Counted from the first letter of the stretch, positions 1-12,669 are shown. The stretch: 64,000 nucleotides of DNA from Octopus vulgaris (GCA_951406725.2 OX597822.1:103230001-103294000); one strand, 5' to 3'. Program-made: numbers and translations. Notes: generated by a model from the letters alone, not told the origin.

Positions 1-679
1 GGAATGTTACAGGTATCTAGGGGAGGATGAAAATATATCTTCCAATGGCACCTGTAACAAAACACGTGTCACTAAAGAATATTACCGCTGAATAAAGAAA
101 ATTTGGACCTCAGAACTTTCTGCATTCAATAAAACAGTGGCCCACAATGTGTTTGCAGTGCCAGAACTCATACCAACATTTGGGCTGCTTGATTGGACGC
201 TTCATGAGATCTGAGCCATTGATGTGAAAACCCGAAAGCACACATAATTTCCACATAAACAGTAACGAAAACAAGGCGACAGAGGCTTAACATCGATCCA
301 AAATGCCTTTGAATGTCGCATTCGGCAACATCTTTTGATCACCAAGTGTCGAAGTGCATCCCTTGACCAAGTTTGGGTACATGAGGCTGATAACATCATA
401 AGACTTGGAAGGCAGCTCCTTGAGCAACACTCTTTGTCTGATAACCTAGAATATATGCCCAAAGAAGTCACACGACTCTACCGCAACGTATCATCAGATG
501 AAAGGATGAGCCTACATGAGTAGAAGACTATGCATGGATATGTTAGTAGAAAGCTCTGTGATGATAGCAACATCGATCATCAAAGCAGTTTATCATGGAC
601 CAATAGACGGATTACTACCTCCTACTTTGAAGAGAATGCGTTTGCAATCCAGGAACAGGAGATGTTAACCAAGTACCTG

Positions 680-834
680 AGTGGCTGTGTGGTAAGTAGC
701 TTGCTAACCAACCACATGGTTCCGGGTTCAGTCCCACTGCGTGGCATCTTGGGCAAGTGTCTTCTGCTATAGCCCCGGGCCGACCAATGCCTTGTGAGTG
801 GATTTGGTAGACGGAAACTGGAAGAAGCCTGTCG

Positions 835-876
<42 letters not shown>

Positions 877-1090
877 GGTGTTTGTGTGTCTGTGTTTGTC
901 CCCCTAGCATTGCTTAACAATCGATGCTGGTGTGTTTACGTCCTCGTTACTTAGCGGTTCGGCAAAAGAGACCGATAGAATAAGTACTGGGCTTAGAAAA
1001 GAATAAGTCCCGGGGTCGAGTTGCTCGATTAAAGGTGGTGCTCCAGCATGGCCGCAGTCAACTGACTGAAACAAGTAAAAGAGTAAAGAG
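680..1090 (+). mobile_element. SINE family A (tRNA head, internal (TA)n(TG)n, GTAAAAGA-type tail; OK-like) inserted in the LINE ORF
   Basis: A box TGGCTGTGTGG, B box GGTTCAGTCCC. Removing it restores TKYL-MHKR, as in the uninterrupted copy near 56280. Confidence 0.9.
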
Positions 1091-1589
1091 ATGCACAAAA
1101 GGGATAGAGATGCAGGAAAAGTCGTAAAATGTGACAACCGATGCAGACTTTGTGGAGTTCACACTGAAGATATCACCCACACCATAATCAATTGTCCGAA
1201 AATATCATCACGGTGGTATCTACCGATGAGGTGTGACGTTGTAGCAAGGACACTCTATAATGAAATCCGTGGGAAAGATAATCTCGAGGACAAAGAAATA
1301 AGAACTCACAATATGGTAGAAGCCATAGCTACTCATAAAAAGGAATACTGGTGGAATGAAGACCCCAACAAAATGTTAGCACAACAGACCTGATATAATG
1401 ATTTGGGACAGAGAAGAGAAACTGTGCACAGTTGTGGAAATTAGATGCCCAGCGGATGTTAACTTAAAGCTGGAAGATCAGTGTAAAAGAGAACACCTAT
1501 GCTGAACTATTGAGAAATTTGCAATTACTCTATCCAGGTTATAAGTTCAGGTTTATACCTGTAATTATTGGGGCTCTGGGATATGTAAC

Positions 1590-1774
1590 TGTTGTGTCGA
1601 CGCCCCTAGACGATGAAGTAGACTATCCCAATACGTAGATATAGAGGGAGAAGTCTAGACGTCGAGAGAATAGAGTAGAGCAGAGTAGAGTAGGAGAGAA
1701 AAGTCGAGCTGAGTAGCGGTAACAAAAGAGAAGAGTAGCGTTGAGTAGAAGGCATCCGGACGTGCGACATAACA
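1590..1774. mobile_element. Solo LTR-like insertion (TG...CA, 5-bp TSD GTAAC)
   Basis: Starts TGTTGTGTCG and ends CGACATAACA (10-bp imperfect inverted termini). GTAAC at 1585-1589 and 1775-1779. Excision restores ALGYVTHCLNT. Confidence 0.82.
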
Positions 1775-1943
1775 GTAACACACTGCCTAAATACCAGTCT
1801 TGGGAAATTAAGCTTCTCAAAACCAAAAATGGAAAGCTAATTCGAAGACTACAGATTCAATCCATCACTGGAACTGCAAAACTTTCCAGTAGTTTATAAT
1901 TTAAATATGAGGATTTCTGGATATGCAACTATATGCACGAGAG

Positions 1944-3170
1944 TACATACATACATACATACATACATACATACATACATACATACATACATACATACAT
2001 ACATACATACACACATACATACATACATACATACATACATACACACACATACATACATACATACATACATACATGCATGCATGCATACATACATACATAC
2101 ATGCATGCATACATACATACATACATACATACACATACATACATACATACATACATACATACACACACATACATACATACATACATACATACATGCATGC
2201 ATGCATACACACATACATACACACACATACATACATACATACATACATACACATACATGCATGCATGCATGCATGCATACATACATACATGCATGCATAC
2301 ATACATACATACATACATACATACATACATACATAAATACATACATACATACACACATACATACATATATACACATACATACATACATGCATACACACAC
2401 ATACATACATACATACATACATACACATAAATACATACACACACATACATACATACATACATACATACACACACACACATACATACATACATACATACAT
2501 ACATACATACATACATACACACATACATACATACACACATACATACACACATACATACACACATACATACATACATACATACATACATACATACATACAT
2601 ACATACATACATACATACACACACACACATACATACATACATACATACATACATACATACATACACACATACATACATACATACATACATACACACACAT
2701 ACATACATACATACATACATACATACATACATACATACACATAAATACATACACACACATACATACATACACACATACATACATACACACACACACATAC
2801 ATACATACATACATACATACACACATACATACATACATACACACATACATACACACATACATACATACATACATACATACATACATACATACATACATAC
2901 ATACATACACACACATACATACATACATACATACATACATACATACATACATACATACACACATACATACATACATACACACATACATACATACATACAT
3001 ACATACATACACACATACATACATACACACATACATACATACACACATACATACATACATACATACATACATACATACATACATACATACATACATACAT
3101 ACATACATACATACATACATACATACAAACAAACAAACAAACAAACAAACAAACATACAAACAAACAAAC
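1944..3170. repeat. About 1.2-kb (TACA)n microsatellite with CACA/TGCA variants, ending in (AAAC)n
   Basis: Seen directly; source of the YIHT/MYVC pseudo-ORFs. Confidence 0.98.
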
Positions 3171-3278
3171 AAAAATACCCTGTTGTTGATGTTGAAATTC
3201 CAGTGAAGGATTCTTGTATCTAGGTTAGAAATCGGTTCTTTCTCTATTGGCAAGAAATCTTGAAATAAAACTGAATAA

Positions 3279-3309
<31 letters not shown>

Positions 3310-3356
3310 CATACATACATACATACATACATACATACATACAAACATACATACAT
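3171..3356 (+). mobile_element. Probable 3' UTR terminus of the R4/Dong-like LINE followed by (TACA)n
   Basis: About 110 bp of complex sequence ending GAAATAAAACTGAATAAT (contains AATAAA), immediately followed by (TACA)n at 3280-3356. Confidence 0.5.
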
Positions 3357-3394
3357 AATTCTGTTTTATCTTTGTGGCTTCTGACATCCCTTTT

Positions 3395-3610
3395 TCCCCA
3401 CTCTAGGCACAAGGCCCGAAAGTATTGGTGAGGGGAGCATACGATTAGATCGACTCCAGTACGCAACTGGTACTTAATTTATCGACTCCGAAAGGCTGAA
3501 AAGCAAAGTCGACCTCAGCGGAATTCGAACTCAGAATGTAAAAACAGACGAAATACTGCACGCCGGGCGAAATGCTTAACAGTATTTCGTCTGTCTTTAC
3601 GTTCTGAGTG
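3395..3610 (-). mobile_element. Diverged SINE B-type copy with a short inverted head fragment
   Basis: AAAGCAAAGTCGACCTCAGCGGAATTCGAACTCAG body; 3560-3610 is the same family in + orientation. Confidence 0.7.
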
Positions 3611-3908
3611 GGACCATCAATTTGTTTCAAAATTTTGTTATAATCCTGACTCAACGTTTTTGTAAAATATGAAGTTTACTTAATCTTGACTATACGGTAA
3701 TCTCCAAGCTAGGTTACCGTATACTGAATATGGATTAACAATAAATATATATATATATGATGTATTCATCGCTTTGTTGTCCAAAAACTTATGTCCCCTA
3801 CAAATTATTCTAATTTGTGTTGACAGTTAGGGTTCTATTGCTTGAATATGCAATTTCCAATTCAAATTTTCATCAATAAGTATTCACATGAATTTTATAT
3901 ATCTGGAC

Positions 3909-4155
3909 CAGTGCTTTTCAATCTTTTTGCTGGAGCGGAACCCCAAAGAAACATTCCACTGGCTCGTGGAACCCCTATGCAATAATTTAATTGTCTTATG
4001 CAAAAAACAGCATTTAATTAATGAAATGAAAATACTCATGTTCAGATATATTTACAATAAAAACACAAACTGTAAAAAAATTGTCACGTACATATGCAAT
4101 TTTATTCTTGCATCTACAGTTATTATTAAAACATGTATTAAAAAAGTCAAAAGAT
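3909..4155 (+). mobile_element. Possible hAT/Charlie-type non-autonomous element end
   Basis: Begins CAGTGCTTTTCAATCTTTTT...GCGGAACCCC, resembling Charlie-type TIRs. Partner TIR not found. Confidence 0.35.
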
Positions 4156-6200
4156 CTAGATTCTAGACCTTTTGCCTTCTTTTGGGCCAGAGTGAAGTTT
4201 TGGTGGCTGTAAGGGCAGATCATCATCATTAGCTGATGAACAGAATAGAGTGTACTTCGTTTTATCTCCCTTCAGAGAAATCTTATTTGCGGAATACCAG
4301 TCATTTATGAGTGATAATTGGTTGGTCATTACTTTGAGTAAATGGACGGTAATCTTTACTAGCCAAGAAAAGATTTGTACCATCGGCACAAATGATAACA
4401 GAAGTGGAACTGTGCGGTACATATCATAAACATATATAGGAAAAAGGGGGAGACCTAATATTGATCCTCGAGGAACAGCGTAAGATATTGGTTTGTACTC
4501 GAATTCAGTGTCAACAAATTGCACAAACTGGCATCTATTGCTTAGGTAACTTCCGAACCATAATAATTTTTTCTCGGTAACTCCATAGATTTCAGTGTAT
4601 TTTTTTTTTTGAGTATTCTATTATCAACAATGACTTGGAACCTTTACTGAGTCGATGAAAATTCCAAGTGTAACATGTTCATTTGAAATAGCTGTAGTGA
4701 TGTCAATGAGTTCTATCAGCCCATAGTCTACACTGGAATTCTATGAGACTATTGTTGATTTATATGCAATTTTAACAATCCTTATACCCAAGGAGTTATC
4801 CAGGCACTTCGTTTGTCTTCGGACGAATGAATGCGTTCTTCAGTTCCTCATCCGTAACTGGATTCATTTTGAATAAATGAATCTTTTTTAAAAGTTCAAG
4901 GAATATTTTTATTGTCTCTTGGTATTTTTGATGCGAGTTTTGGACCAACATTGGTAAAAATTTTATTGACTTCTTCAGGATATTTCTTGTACCTTTCCTC
5001 ATTATTTTGTTTTCGCTTAGAACTACGCAAAATTCCTGCAGTCATTCATCTGTTGAAAATACTCTTTACATTCACCAATTTTTTTTTTATACGAAAATAT
5101 TCATTATAAAGACGTTCGAAATTGGCTAAAAAAATTTCCAGAAGATCTCTTTGAGTCAAATGTGTTGATAGCAGATATCCAACTAGATTCTTTGAGCTTG
5201 TAGAAAAGATTGAAAATTTTTTGCACGAATGTCCCCCCTTTTAACCTTTATTTTCTCCGATAGATTTTTAGGGCTGCACTGAATGTCCCTCATTACTAAG
5301 AAGATTGGATAATGATCACTGATTCTTGCACATACAATGCCAGATTTTACATCCTGTCTATAACTTAAATTAAAGAATCTGTTGTCAATGCAAGTCTTTT
5401 TTTTGGTTGTTACATGGGTGGCATTAGTGATGGAAGGCATAAGATAACTTTGACCAATTTTTTTGAGAAAGTTTCTAACCTTTGGACCTGTTTCGTATGC
5501 AAAAAATTTGAGATTAATGTCACCAGAAATGAATCTTGAATAAGGCGGCGATCTGGCAGAAATGTTAGCGTGCCGGGCGAAATGCGTAGCCGTATTTCGT
5601 CTGCCGTTACGTTCTGAGTTCAAATTCAGCCGAGGTCGACTTTGCCTTTCATCCTTTCGGGGTCGATTAAATAAGTTACGCACTGGAAATCCATTTGTCT
5701 GTCCTTGTTTGTCCCCTCTGTGTTTAGCCCCTTGTGGGTAGTAAAGAAATAAGAAATGAATCTTGGTTTCTGTCTAATATCAGTGAGGATGTTAACCTTA
5801 TTTTGGTTAAAATCTTTCATTTTCCCCTTTGGTGTCCAATGTATGTTTCCAAGTAAAATATTTTACTTTTTCGGTTTTATTACTTGAATGAATTGAGCTT
5901 GAAGGTCTTCATTACTAATACCCCAGCTGTTCAAATCCCTCATTAAATACATACAGAAGCTCCACCTCTCATATTGTATCATAGGAGTACATAAAACATT
6001 TATAATCAGGTAATTCATAATTTGAATATAAATCCTCTTCTTTTTCGCCTTTTACCACAGTTTCTTGAAGATAAATAACAGAAAATTTAAAACGGAAAGT
6101 CAATAACAATATTTCCAACTCACCAAATATTTTTGACAAAGATCTTATATTAAAATTTATAATTGACTGTGAATTTTCGATTATAAATCAGTACGAAATC
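4156..6200 (-). mobile_element. Decayed CR1/L2-group LINE (APE endonuclease plus RT)
   Basis: Minus strand: FNIRSLSK, NILLGNIHWTPKG, GDINL, CIDNRF...SGIVCARISDHYPIF (APE); VPRGSILGLPLFPIYVYDM and WYSANKISLKGDKTKY (RT). Many frameshifts. Confidence 0.85.
5539..5751 (+). mobile_element. SINE family B (tRNA-derived, Meta-domain-like body) nested in the LINE
   Basis: 14-bp TSD AGAAATGAATCTTG at 5525-5538 and 5752-5765. Body GAGGTCGACTTTGCCTTTCATCCTTTCGGGGTCGAT. Confidence 0.9.
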
Positions 6201-6576
6201 TCACTAAATGGAGTGTAATAGAACGGAGTGTCAATGACACTTTCTGAAAGTTGCGGATTTGCAAAAGCATCAGGATATATTTCATCACGTACGAGTAAAT
6301 TATTGTTATTTCTCAAAATACTTAATAACGTAGAAACGTAACTACTGAACGATATATACCATCAGTGCTATTCAGTTTAGCTTTTAATAGAGAAGTTAAA
6401 AAAGTTTTTGAGGCGCAGGAGTGGCTGTGTGGTAAGCAGCTTGCTTACAAATCACATGGTTCCGTGTTCATTTCCACTTCGTAGCACCTCGGGCAAGTGT
6501 CTTCTACAATAGCCTCAAGCCGACCAAAGCCTTGTGAGTGGATTTGGTAGACGGAAACTGAAAGAAGCCCGTCGTG

Positions 6577-6602
<26 letters not shown>

Positions 6603-6607
<5 letters not shown>

Positions 6608-6984
6608 CTATATAAACGGCAGTTTGTCTGTGCGTTTTCTGTGTGTCTGTTTTCTCGTACCCTCACTCTGACCACGGCTTTCAACCGATTCTGATGAAAC
6701 TTGACACACACATAGCCCAATGTCATAATTCAAAACTAACGCAGCGAAAATTTTGAAAAGTTCCCCCAGTTCTGAAAAAAATCGATAAATTCGACATGGG
6801 GTCGAGAATTAGAAACCCAAACCACAGACCGTCTAGGGGACGCAACTCCACCTTTTTTAACTTTTAAAAAAAATTTACCATCATTTCTTTCCCATTTTTT
6901 TGCTATTTTTTGTATATATCTATCTAAAAATGCTTTATAGTTATTTCCCTTACAAACCTGAGCAACGCCGGGCGATACTGCTAG
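6603..6984 (+). mobile_element. Non-autonomous Helitron
   Basis: 5' TC, 3' hairpin CCTGAGCAACGCCGGG then CTAG, inserted between A and T, no TSD. Confidence 0.8.
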
Positions 6985-7011
<27 letters not shown>

Positions 7012-7016
<5 letters not shown>

Positions 7017-7330
7017 TAATCCAAACATGAAAACACAAAGAGAAAACACAAGAACGCGAGGACGTGGAACAAGTATAGTATTGTTGGACGCTCAGGAAAG
7101 AAGGAGGGTTTAACGTTTCGAGCGGAGCTCTTCGTCAGAAACATAGGAAAAGGAAAGATCCAAAGACGGGAAGACGGAGGAAAAAAAATCGCCAACGGTA
7201 CACACGCGGTCACATTTTGTATGACCGGAAGGGAATGGGTGAAGAAAAAGTTCTTTCAAAGACAGGAGAGTGCAAGAGGAGGTATGTGTGTGTAAGTGTG
7301 GATATGTGCGTGCGCGCAGGTCTGCGTGTG
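7012..7330 (-). mobile_element. PLE-type terminal fragment with minimal hammerhead motif (7109-7141)
   Basis: Minus strand TTT-CTGACGA-A-GAGC-TCC-GCTC-GAAA-CG-TT-AAA. Near-identical copy at 35735-35925. Confidence 0.7.
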
Positions 7331-7819
7331 TGTGTGTGTGTGTATGTTTGTGTGTCTGTGTTTGTCCCCCCCACCCAACATCGCTTGGCAACCGATGGTG
7401 GTGTGTTTACGCCCCCGTAACTTAGCGGTTCGGCAAAACAGACCGATAGAATAAATACTAGGCTTCCAAAGAATAAGTCCGGGAGTCGATTTGCTCGACT
7501 AAAGGCGGTGCTCCAGCATGGCCGCAGTGAAATGACTGAAACGAGTAAAAGAGTCCATCAAAAAGTTAAAAACTTATTCATTTAGTCCGATTTCTGCATT
7601 TCTTTCGTCATTTTCCTTATTCTTTCGTTCTTTGATCAAAGTCTTATAAGAAACTCGGACATAAAGTCTATTTTTTACGTCGTTTCTTCGCGAATAACCT
7701 CCTGATAACGACAATCTTTTCCGAGAAATCCTCGTTTGCATTAATTCAATGTCTCCACAATTTCAGTTCTCTGAACGTTTCCAAAGAAAGATTGGTGATC
7801 ATCAAAATCTGGGGGCTTG

Positions 7820-8253
7820 CTCTTTACTCCTTTACTTGTTTCAGTCGTCTGACTGCGGCCATGCCGGAGCACCGCTTTTAGTCGAGCAAATCGACCCCCA
7901 GGACTTATTCTTTGTAAGCCTAGTACTTATTCTATCGGTCCATTTTGCCGAACCGCTAAGTTACGGGGACGTAAACACACCAGCATCGGTTGCCAAGCAA
8001 TGTTGTGGTGGGGGACAAACACAGACAAACAAATACACACACACACACACACACACAATGGACAAACAAGGACAGACAAACGGATTAAGTCGATTATATC
8101 GACCCCAGTGTGTAAACGGTACTTATTTAATCGACCCCGAAAGGATGAAAGGCAAGTCGACCTCGGCGGAATTTGAACTCAGATCGTAGCGACAGACGAA
8201 ATACTGCTGAGCATTTCGCCCGGCGTGCTAACGGTTCCGCCAGCTCGCCGCCT
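7820..8253 (-). mobile_element. SINE A 3' half (7820-8056) abutting a SINE B (8058-8253)
   Basis: Identity to other copies in the window. Confidence 0.85.
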
Positions 8254-8274
8254 TCATCTATTGTAATACTGGAT

Positions 8275-8661
8275 GATGGAAGCACTCCGTCGGTTACGAC
8301 GATGAGGGTTCCGGTTGATCCGATCAACGGAACAGCCTGCTCGTGAAATTAACGTGTAAGTGGCTGAGCACTCCACAGACACGTGTACCCTTAACGCAGT
8401 TCTCGGGGATATTCAGCGTGACACAGAGAGTGACAAGGCCGGCCCCTTGAAATACAGGTACAACAGAAACAGGAAGTAAGAGTGAGAGAAAGTTGTGGTG
8501 AAAGAGTACAACAGGGATCACCACCATCCCCTGCCGGAGCCTCGTGGAGCTTTTAGGTGTTTTCGCTCAATAAACACTCACAACGCCCGGTCTGGGAATC
8601 GAAACCGCGATCCTACGACCGCGAGTCTGCTGCCCTAACCACTGGGCCATTGCGCCTCCAC
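8275..8661 (-). mobile_element. SINE family C (about 390 bp, tRNA-Arg-like head; OR1-like)
   Basis: Head TGGAGGCGCAATGGCCCAGTGGTTAGGGCAGC, B box GGTTTCGATTCCC, tail ...CGACGGAGTGCTTCCA. Confidence 0.9.
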
Positions 8662-9342
8662 AATTACTGTACTATCTATTATATGACCGACGCACTAAGG
8701 ACTTTACCTTCTGGAATAGTTTATTTCTTATTGTAAATTCAGAAACATCAACACCAACTGTTTCACATTCAGTAAATAATTCTGTAACAAATGGTTATGT
8801 TTTCTTAAAAACTTGTTTATGAGGAATTCATCGAGTAAACACATTCATTGTGGAGGCGCAATGGCCCAGTGGTTAGGGCAGCGGACTCGCGGTCATAGGA
8901 TCGCGGTTTCGATTCCCAGACCGGGCATTGTGAGTGTTTATTGAGCGAAAAACACCTAAAAGCTCCACGAGGCTCCGGCAGTGGTTGGTGATCCCTGCTG
9001 TACTCTTTCACCACTCTTTCTCTCTTTCTTCTGTTGGCCTGCTCGCTTAGCCAGCGGGGTGGCGTCATTTGAAGGCCAAAACAGTGTGACCAGCGATGTG
9101 TAAAACATCTGATGGTCTGGTCGGTCACGTGATCACGTGATATGGCTGACATAATTACTGTACTATCTATTATATGACCGACACACTAAGGACTTTACCT
9201 TCTGAAATATTTTCTTTGTTATTGTAAATTCAGAAACATCAACACCAACTGTTTCACATTCAGTAAATAATTCTGTTACAAATCGCTATGTTTTCTTAAA
9301 AACCTGTTTATGAGGAATTCATCGAGTAAACACATTCACTGT
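8662..9342 (+). repeat. About 190-bp direct duplication (8662-8851 / 9153-9342) flanking a chimeric SINE (8851-9152)
   Basis: Both copies run AATTACTGTACTATCTATT...GAGTAAACACATTCA with few mismatches. The insert has a C head and a different tail ending CACGTGATCACGTGAT. Confidence 0.92.
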
Positions 9343-9630
9343 TGCTGCATAAAGAGTCTACACTCTGTCCGTAAATTGTTAAATTTTTATAAATCCAAAT
9401 ATTTTTCAATTCTATTCTTTTTCGGAACGCTAATTAATTAAATTTTGTTAATTAGCTTACTAGCTTTAAAAGCCGTGTGGACTTTTAAGCTAGTTCTTGA
9501 GGAAGGCTAATTGCACCTGCGGCCCAAAATTACAGGGAGCGACAATAATAAAGCATTTATTGATACCCTTTAAACTCAGTTTAAATGAAAAACACAAATT
9601 TTTAGAGTTCTTTGAAAATTCGAATTTTCA

Positions 9631-10023
9631 ACTCTTTTACTCTTTTACTCTTTTACTTGTTTCAGTCATTTGACTGCGGCCATGCCGGAGCACCGCCTTT
9701 AATCGAGCAACTCGACCCCGGGACTTATTCTTTTGTAAGCCCAGTACTTATCCTATCGGTCTCTTTTTCCGAACCGCTAAGTAACGGGGACATAAACACA
9801 CCAGCATCGGTTGTCAAGCAATGCTAGGGGAACAAACACAGATACACAAACACACACACGCATATATATGTATACACATATACGACGGGCTTCTTTCAGT
9901 TTCCGTCTACCAAATCCACTCACAAAGCTTTGGTCGGCCCGAGGCTATAGAAGACACTTGCCCAAGGTGCCACGCGGTGGGACTGAACCCGGAACCATGT
10001 GGTTGGTAAACAAGCTACTTACC
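9631..10023 (-). mobile_element. SINE A
   Basis: Full head, microsatellite and tail. Confidence 0.92.
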
Positions 10024-10749
10024 ACGCAGCCTCTCCTGCGCCTAACATATAACATAATACTCATCCAGACCTGAGCCAGATGCTGTATGTTCAAGAACCA
10101 AATGAAAGGCAGATTTTCAATCCCTGGATGATGCTGATTCCAAAAAAGCTAAAATATGTCTATGTAGTACAAATGCAGACTAAGATACAGGGGTCCCAGA
10201 CGGACGGACAGAATTTATAGAAGACGCAGGATATGTATTGGGATTGATATATTACTTAGCAAAAAGTGTAATTTCTCGGTAAGGCTAACTTTGCCTTTCA
10301 GCTTTTCGGGGGCCGATTGGCTTCTCCCCACAAAACTGTTGGCCTTGTGCCAAAACTCGAAGTGTAATTCCTCGGTTGTTTATTTTATTCTAGATTGTTG
10401 AAAATATGATTATGTCATCCTAATATAATTGCATCATTAATTCCTTGCATTAACTCCGTAATCAGTCTCCACTGATTAATCCAAATTTATAAGCGTTATT
10501 CACCACGACTAAGTTTAAATGCCGTTCTTTTTTCTGAATCCTCAAGAGACAGACAAAACTGTTATTAGAAACAACTGCCTCTAGCTTCGAACTTCCATAA
10601 AAAGTTAACTGTTTATGAATTGGTATGATGATTAGAGATAACTTTGTTAATTTGGGAAGGTGGAATGATGGAGACTGTTGCCCAGTATCCAATTGCAGTT
10701 TGGACGAGCTGTTCATCCAATTTACTGTTAACTCAGTAAAATTTTCCAT

Positions 10750-11167
10750 TTACTCTCTTTTTACTCTTTTACTTGCTTCAGTCATTTGACTGCGGCCATG
10801 CTGGAGCACCGCCTTTAGTCGAGCAAATCGACCCCGGGACGTATTCTTTGTAAGCCCAGTACTTATTCTATCGGTCGCTTTTGCTGAACCGCTAAGTTAC
10901 GGGGACGTAAACACACCAGCATCGGTTGTCAAGCAATGCTAGGGGAACAAACACAGACACACAAACATATTCACACACACATACATATATATATATACAT
11001 ATATACGACAGGCTTCTTTCAGTTTCCGTCTACCAAATCCACTCACAAGGCATTGGTCAGCCCGGGGCTATAGCAGAAGACACGTGCCCAAGATGCCACG
11101 CATTGGGACTGAACCCGGAACCATGTGGTTGGTTAGCAAGCTACTTACCAAACAGCCACTCCTGCGC
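10750..11167 (-). mobile_element. SINE A
   Basis: Full length; CCATTT at both junctions. Confidence 0.92.
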
Positions 11168-11436
11168 CATTTGTAACATAATATTCAAAGTTATTTTCTC
11201 TTTGTTCGACTGTTTAAGTCACATTACCTCCAACATCTACCTGACAGAATAGAATTAGTTTAAACAGCAGAATTTGCTGAAACAGCTCAATTTACCATTA
11301 TTAAAAAATGTCTTTTTATATTCAAGAAATTGATGCAAATTTGAACCTGGCTTCACTCAGTTCCTTGTTTATTAAACGTTGCTAATAATTTTGGTTTCAA
11401 ATTTTGACAGAAAGTTTGGAGACTAGTCGATTACAC

Positions 11437-11854
11437 GGATCTGTTCGGTTTGAACGGCAGTTTTTTAAAAATAATTTCCACGTAACTAAACACTTTTAAA
11501 CTTCGTATACTGATAGAATATGTTTATAAAACATCTTTTTCTCTTGGCTTTATTGAGAAAATTCTATAGTTTGTAAGATATTTGTTGTTTGTTTTTCCTC
11601 AATTTCTGCAATTTTAACCAATCACTGACGTCTATTGAGGTGAAAACATTCTGTGCCGCATGAATATGTCCCTCGTTTAAGAAACAAATTGGGTTTATTT
11701 ACATTTGTGAAGAAAAAAAGATACCCTTCCCCCCACCCCTAACCCTAACCCTAAAACAGATTGAAATGCAATAGATCGATACTAGGGTAATAATTATGGG
11801 TGACAATTTCATATGACACCGCTAAAAAAACTGCCGTTCAAACCGAAAAGATCC
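11437..11854. mobile_element. GGATC-terminal MITE with internal (CCCTAA)3
   Basis: TIR GGATCTGTTCGGTTTGAACGGCAGTTTTTT / AAAAAAACTGCCGTTCAAACCGAAAAGATCC. Probable 8-bp TSD GATTACAC/GATAACAC. Inserted in an old SINE B-type copy. Confidence 0.85.
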
Positions 11855-12669
11855 GATAACACTAATATCAATGTTCAACTGGCACTTATTTTACCGACCC
11901 TGAAAGGAATTTGAACTCAGAACGTAAAAGAAGGACGAAATGCCACTAATAATTTTCCTCTGGCGTGCTAACGATTCTGTCAGCCCGCCGCCTTAAACAG
12001 TGCTAATAATATTAAATACTTGCACTTTAGAATTTGGCTAAAAAGCACAGTGCCGCTGTTTCGAAAATATATTTTGTGAGTTTTATTTCTTTTTCCGTTT
12101 TCTTTTTTTATTGAACTCCACTTCTACAAACAGGATTAAATTACATATGTAATTCGATGACTCATTAGAAATGAACAAGGTATTAATTAAGAGCTATTTA
12201 CACATTGGAGCTGTTATTTTTGTGATTCATATGAATTCTATTGATTAAAGACGGCCATTGCCTGTCGTTTATCGCACACGATCTCTTAGAATCTTTATCT
12301 AAATCAATAGAGGAAAAAAATTACATCTCTCGTATCAATAAACATGGTTTCAAGATGAGGAATTGAATAAAAAAAGAAGTTCGAATCCTGACATTTAAAT
12401 ATACTTCGAAATCAATACTCATCCTTAATTGACCAGCTTTCTTTTGCACGCAAACAATTAGTGAAAGATTGTTGACACCTCCATACTGACAAAATTATTA
12501 TAATTCTCCGTTAATTTAAGATTGTGAAGTACATATTTAACATCCATTTTTAGGTGCACTGGAACAGAACTTGTGAAAACAAATGTAATTTTTCACTGAT
12601 ACGATGCTGAAATTTTAGTGTCAAAAATGTATTTAGTGGTTTTTAATTCCTTTTCTCTGTTTGTTTTAT

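Larger units (their letters stand above)
1..1945 (+). mobile_element. Decayed R4/Dong-like (RLE-type) non-LTR retrotransposon, 3' part (RT thumb, CCHC knuckle, restriction-like endonuclease), interrupted by a SINE and a solo LTR
   Basis: Frame 2 reads ECYRYLGEDEN...KKIWTSELSAFNKTVAHNVFAVPELIPTFGLLDW...IDVKTRK, then AFAIQEQEMLTKYL|MHKRD...CRLCGVHTEDITHTIINCP..., RPDIMIWD-like, VVEI.CP, KENTYAELL, FIPVIIGALGYV. Contains stops and frameshifts. Confidence 0.88.
6411..7553 (+). mobile_element. SINE A split at its internal (TA)n by nested insertions (5' half 6411-6600, 3' half about 7330-7553)
   Basis: Both halves match intact copies such as 18506-18932. Confidence 0.85.

Noticed and set aside
1894-3466. 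400-520 aa ORFs (MYVC/YIHT repeats)
   Set aside because: Stop-free translations of the (TACA)n microsatellite.
11737-11754. (CCCTAA)3 as a telomere or fusion scar
   Set aside because: Internal to a TIR-bounded element present twice in the window.
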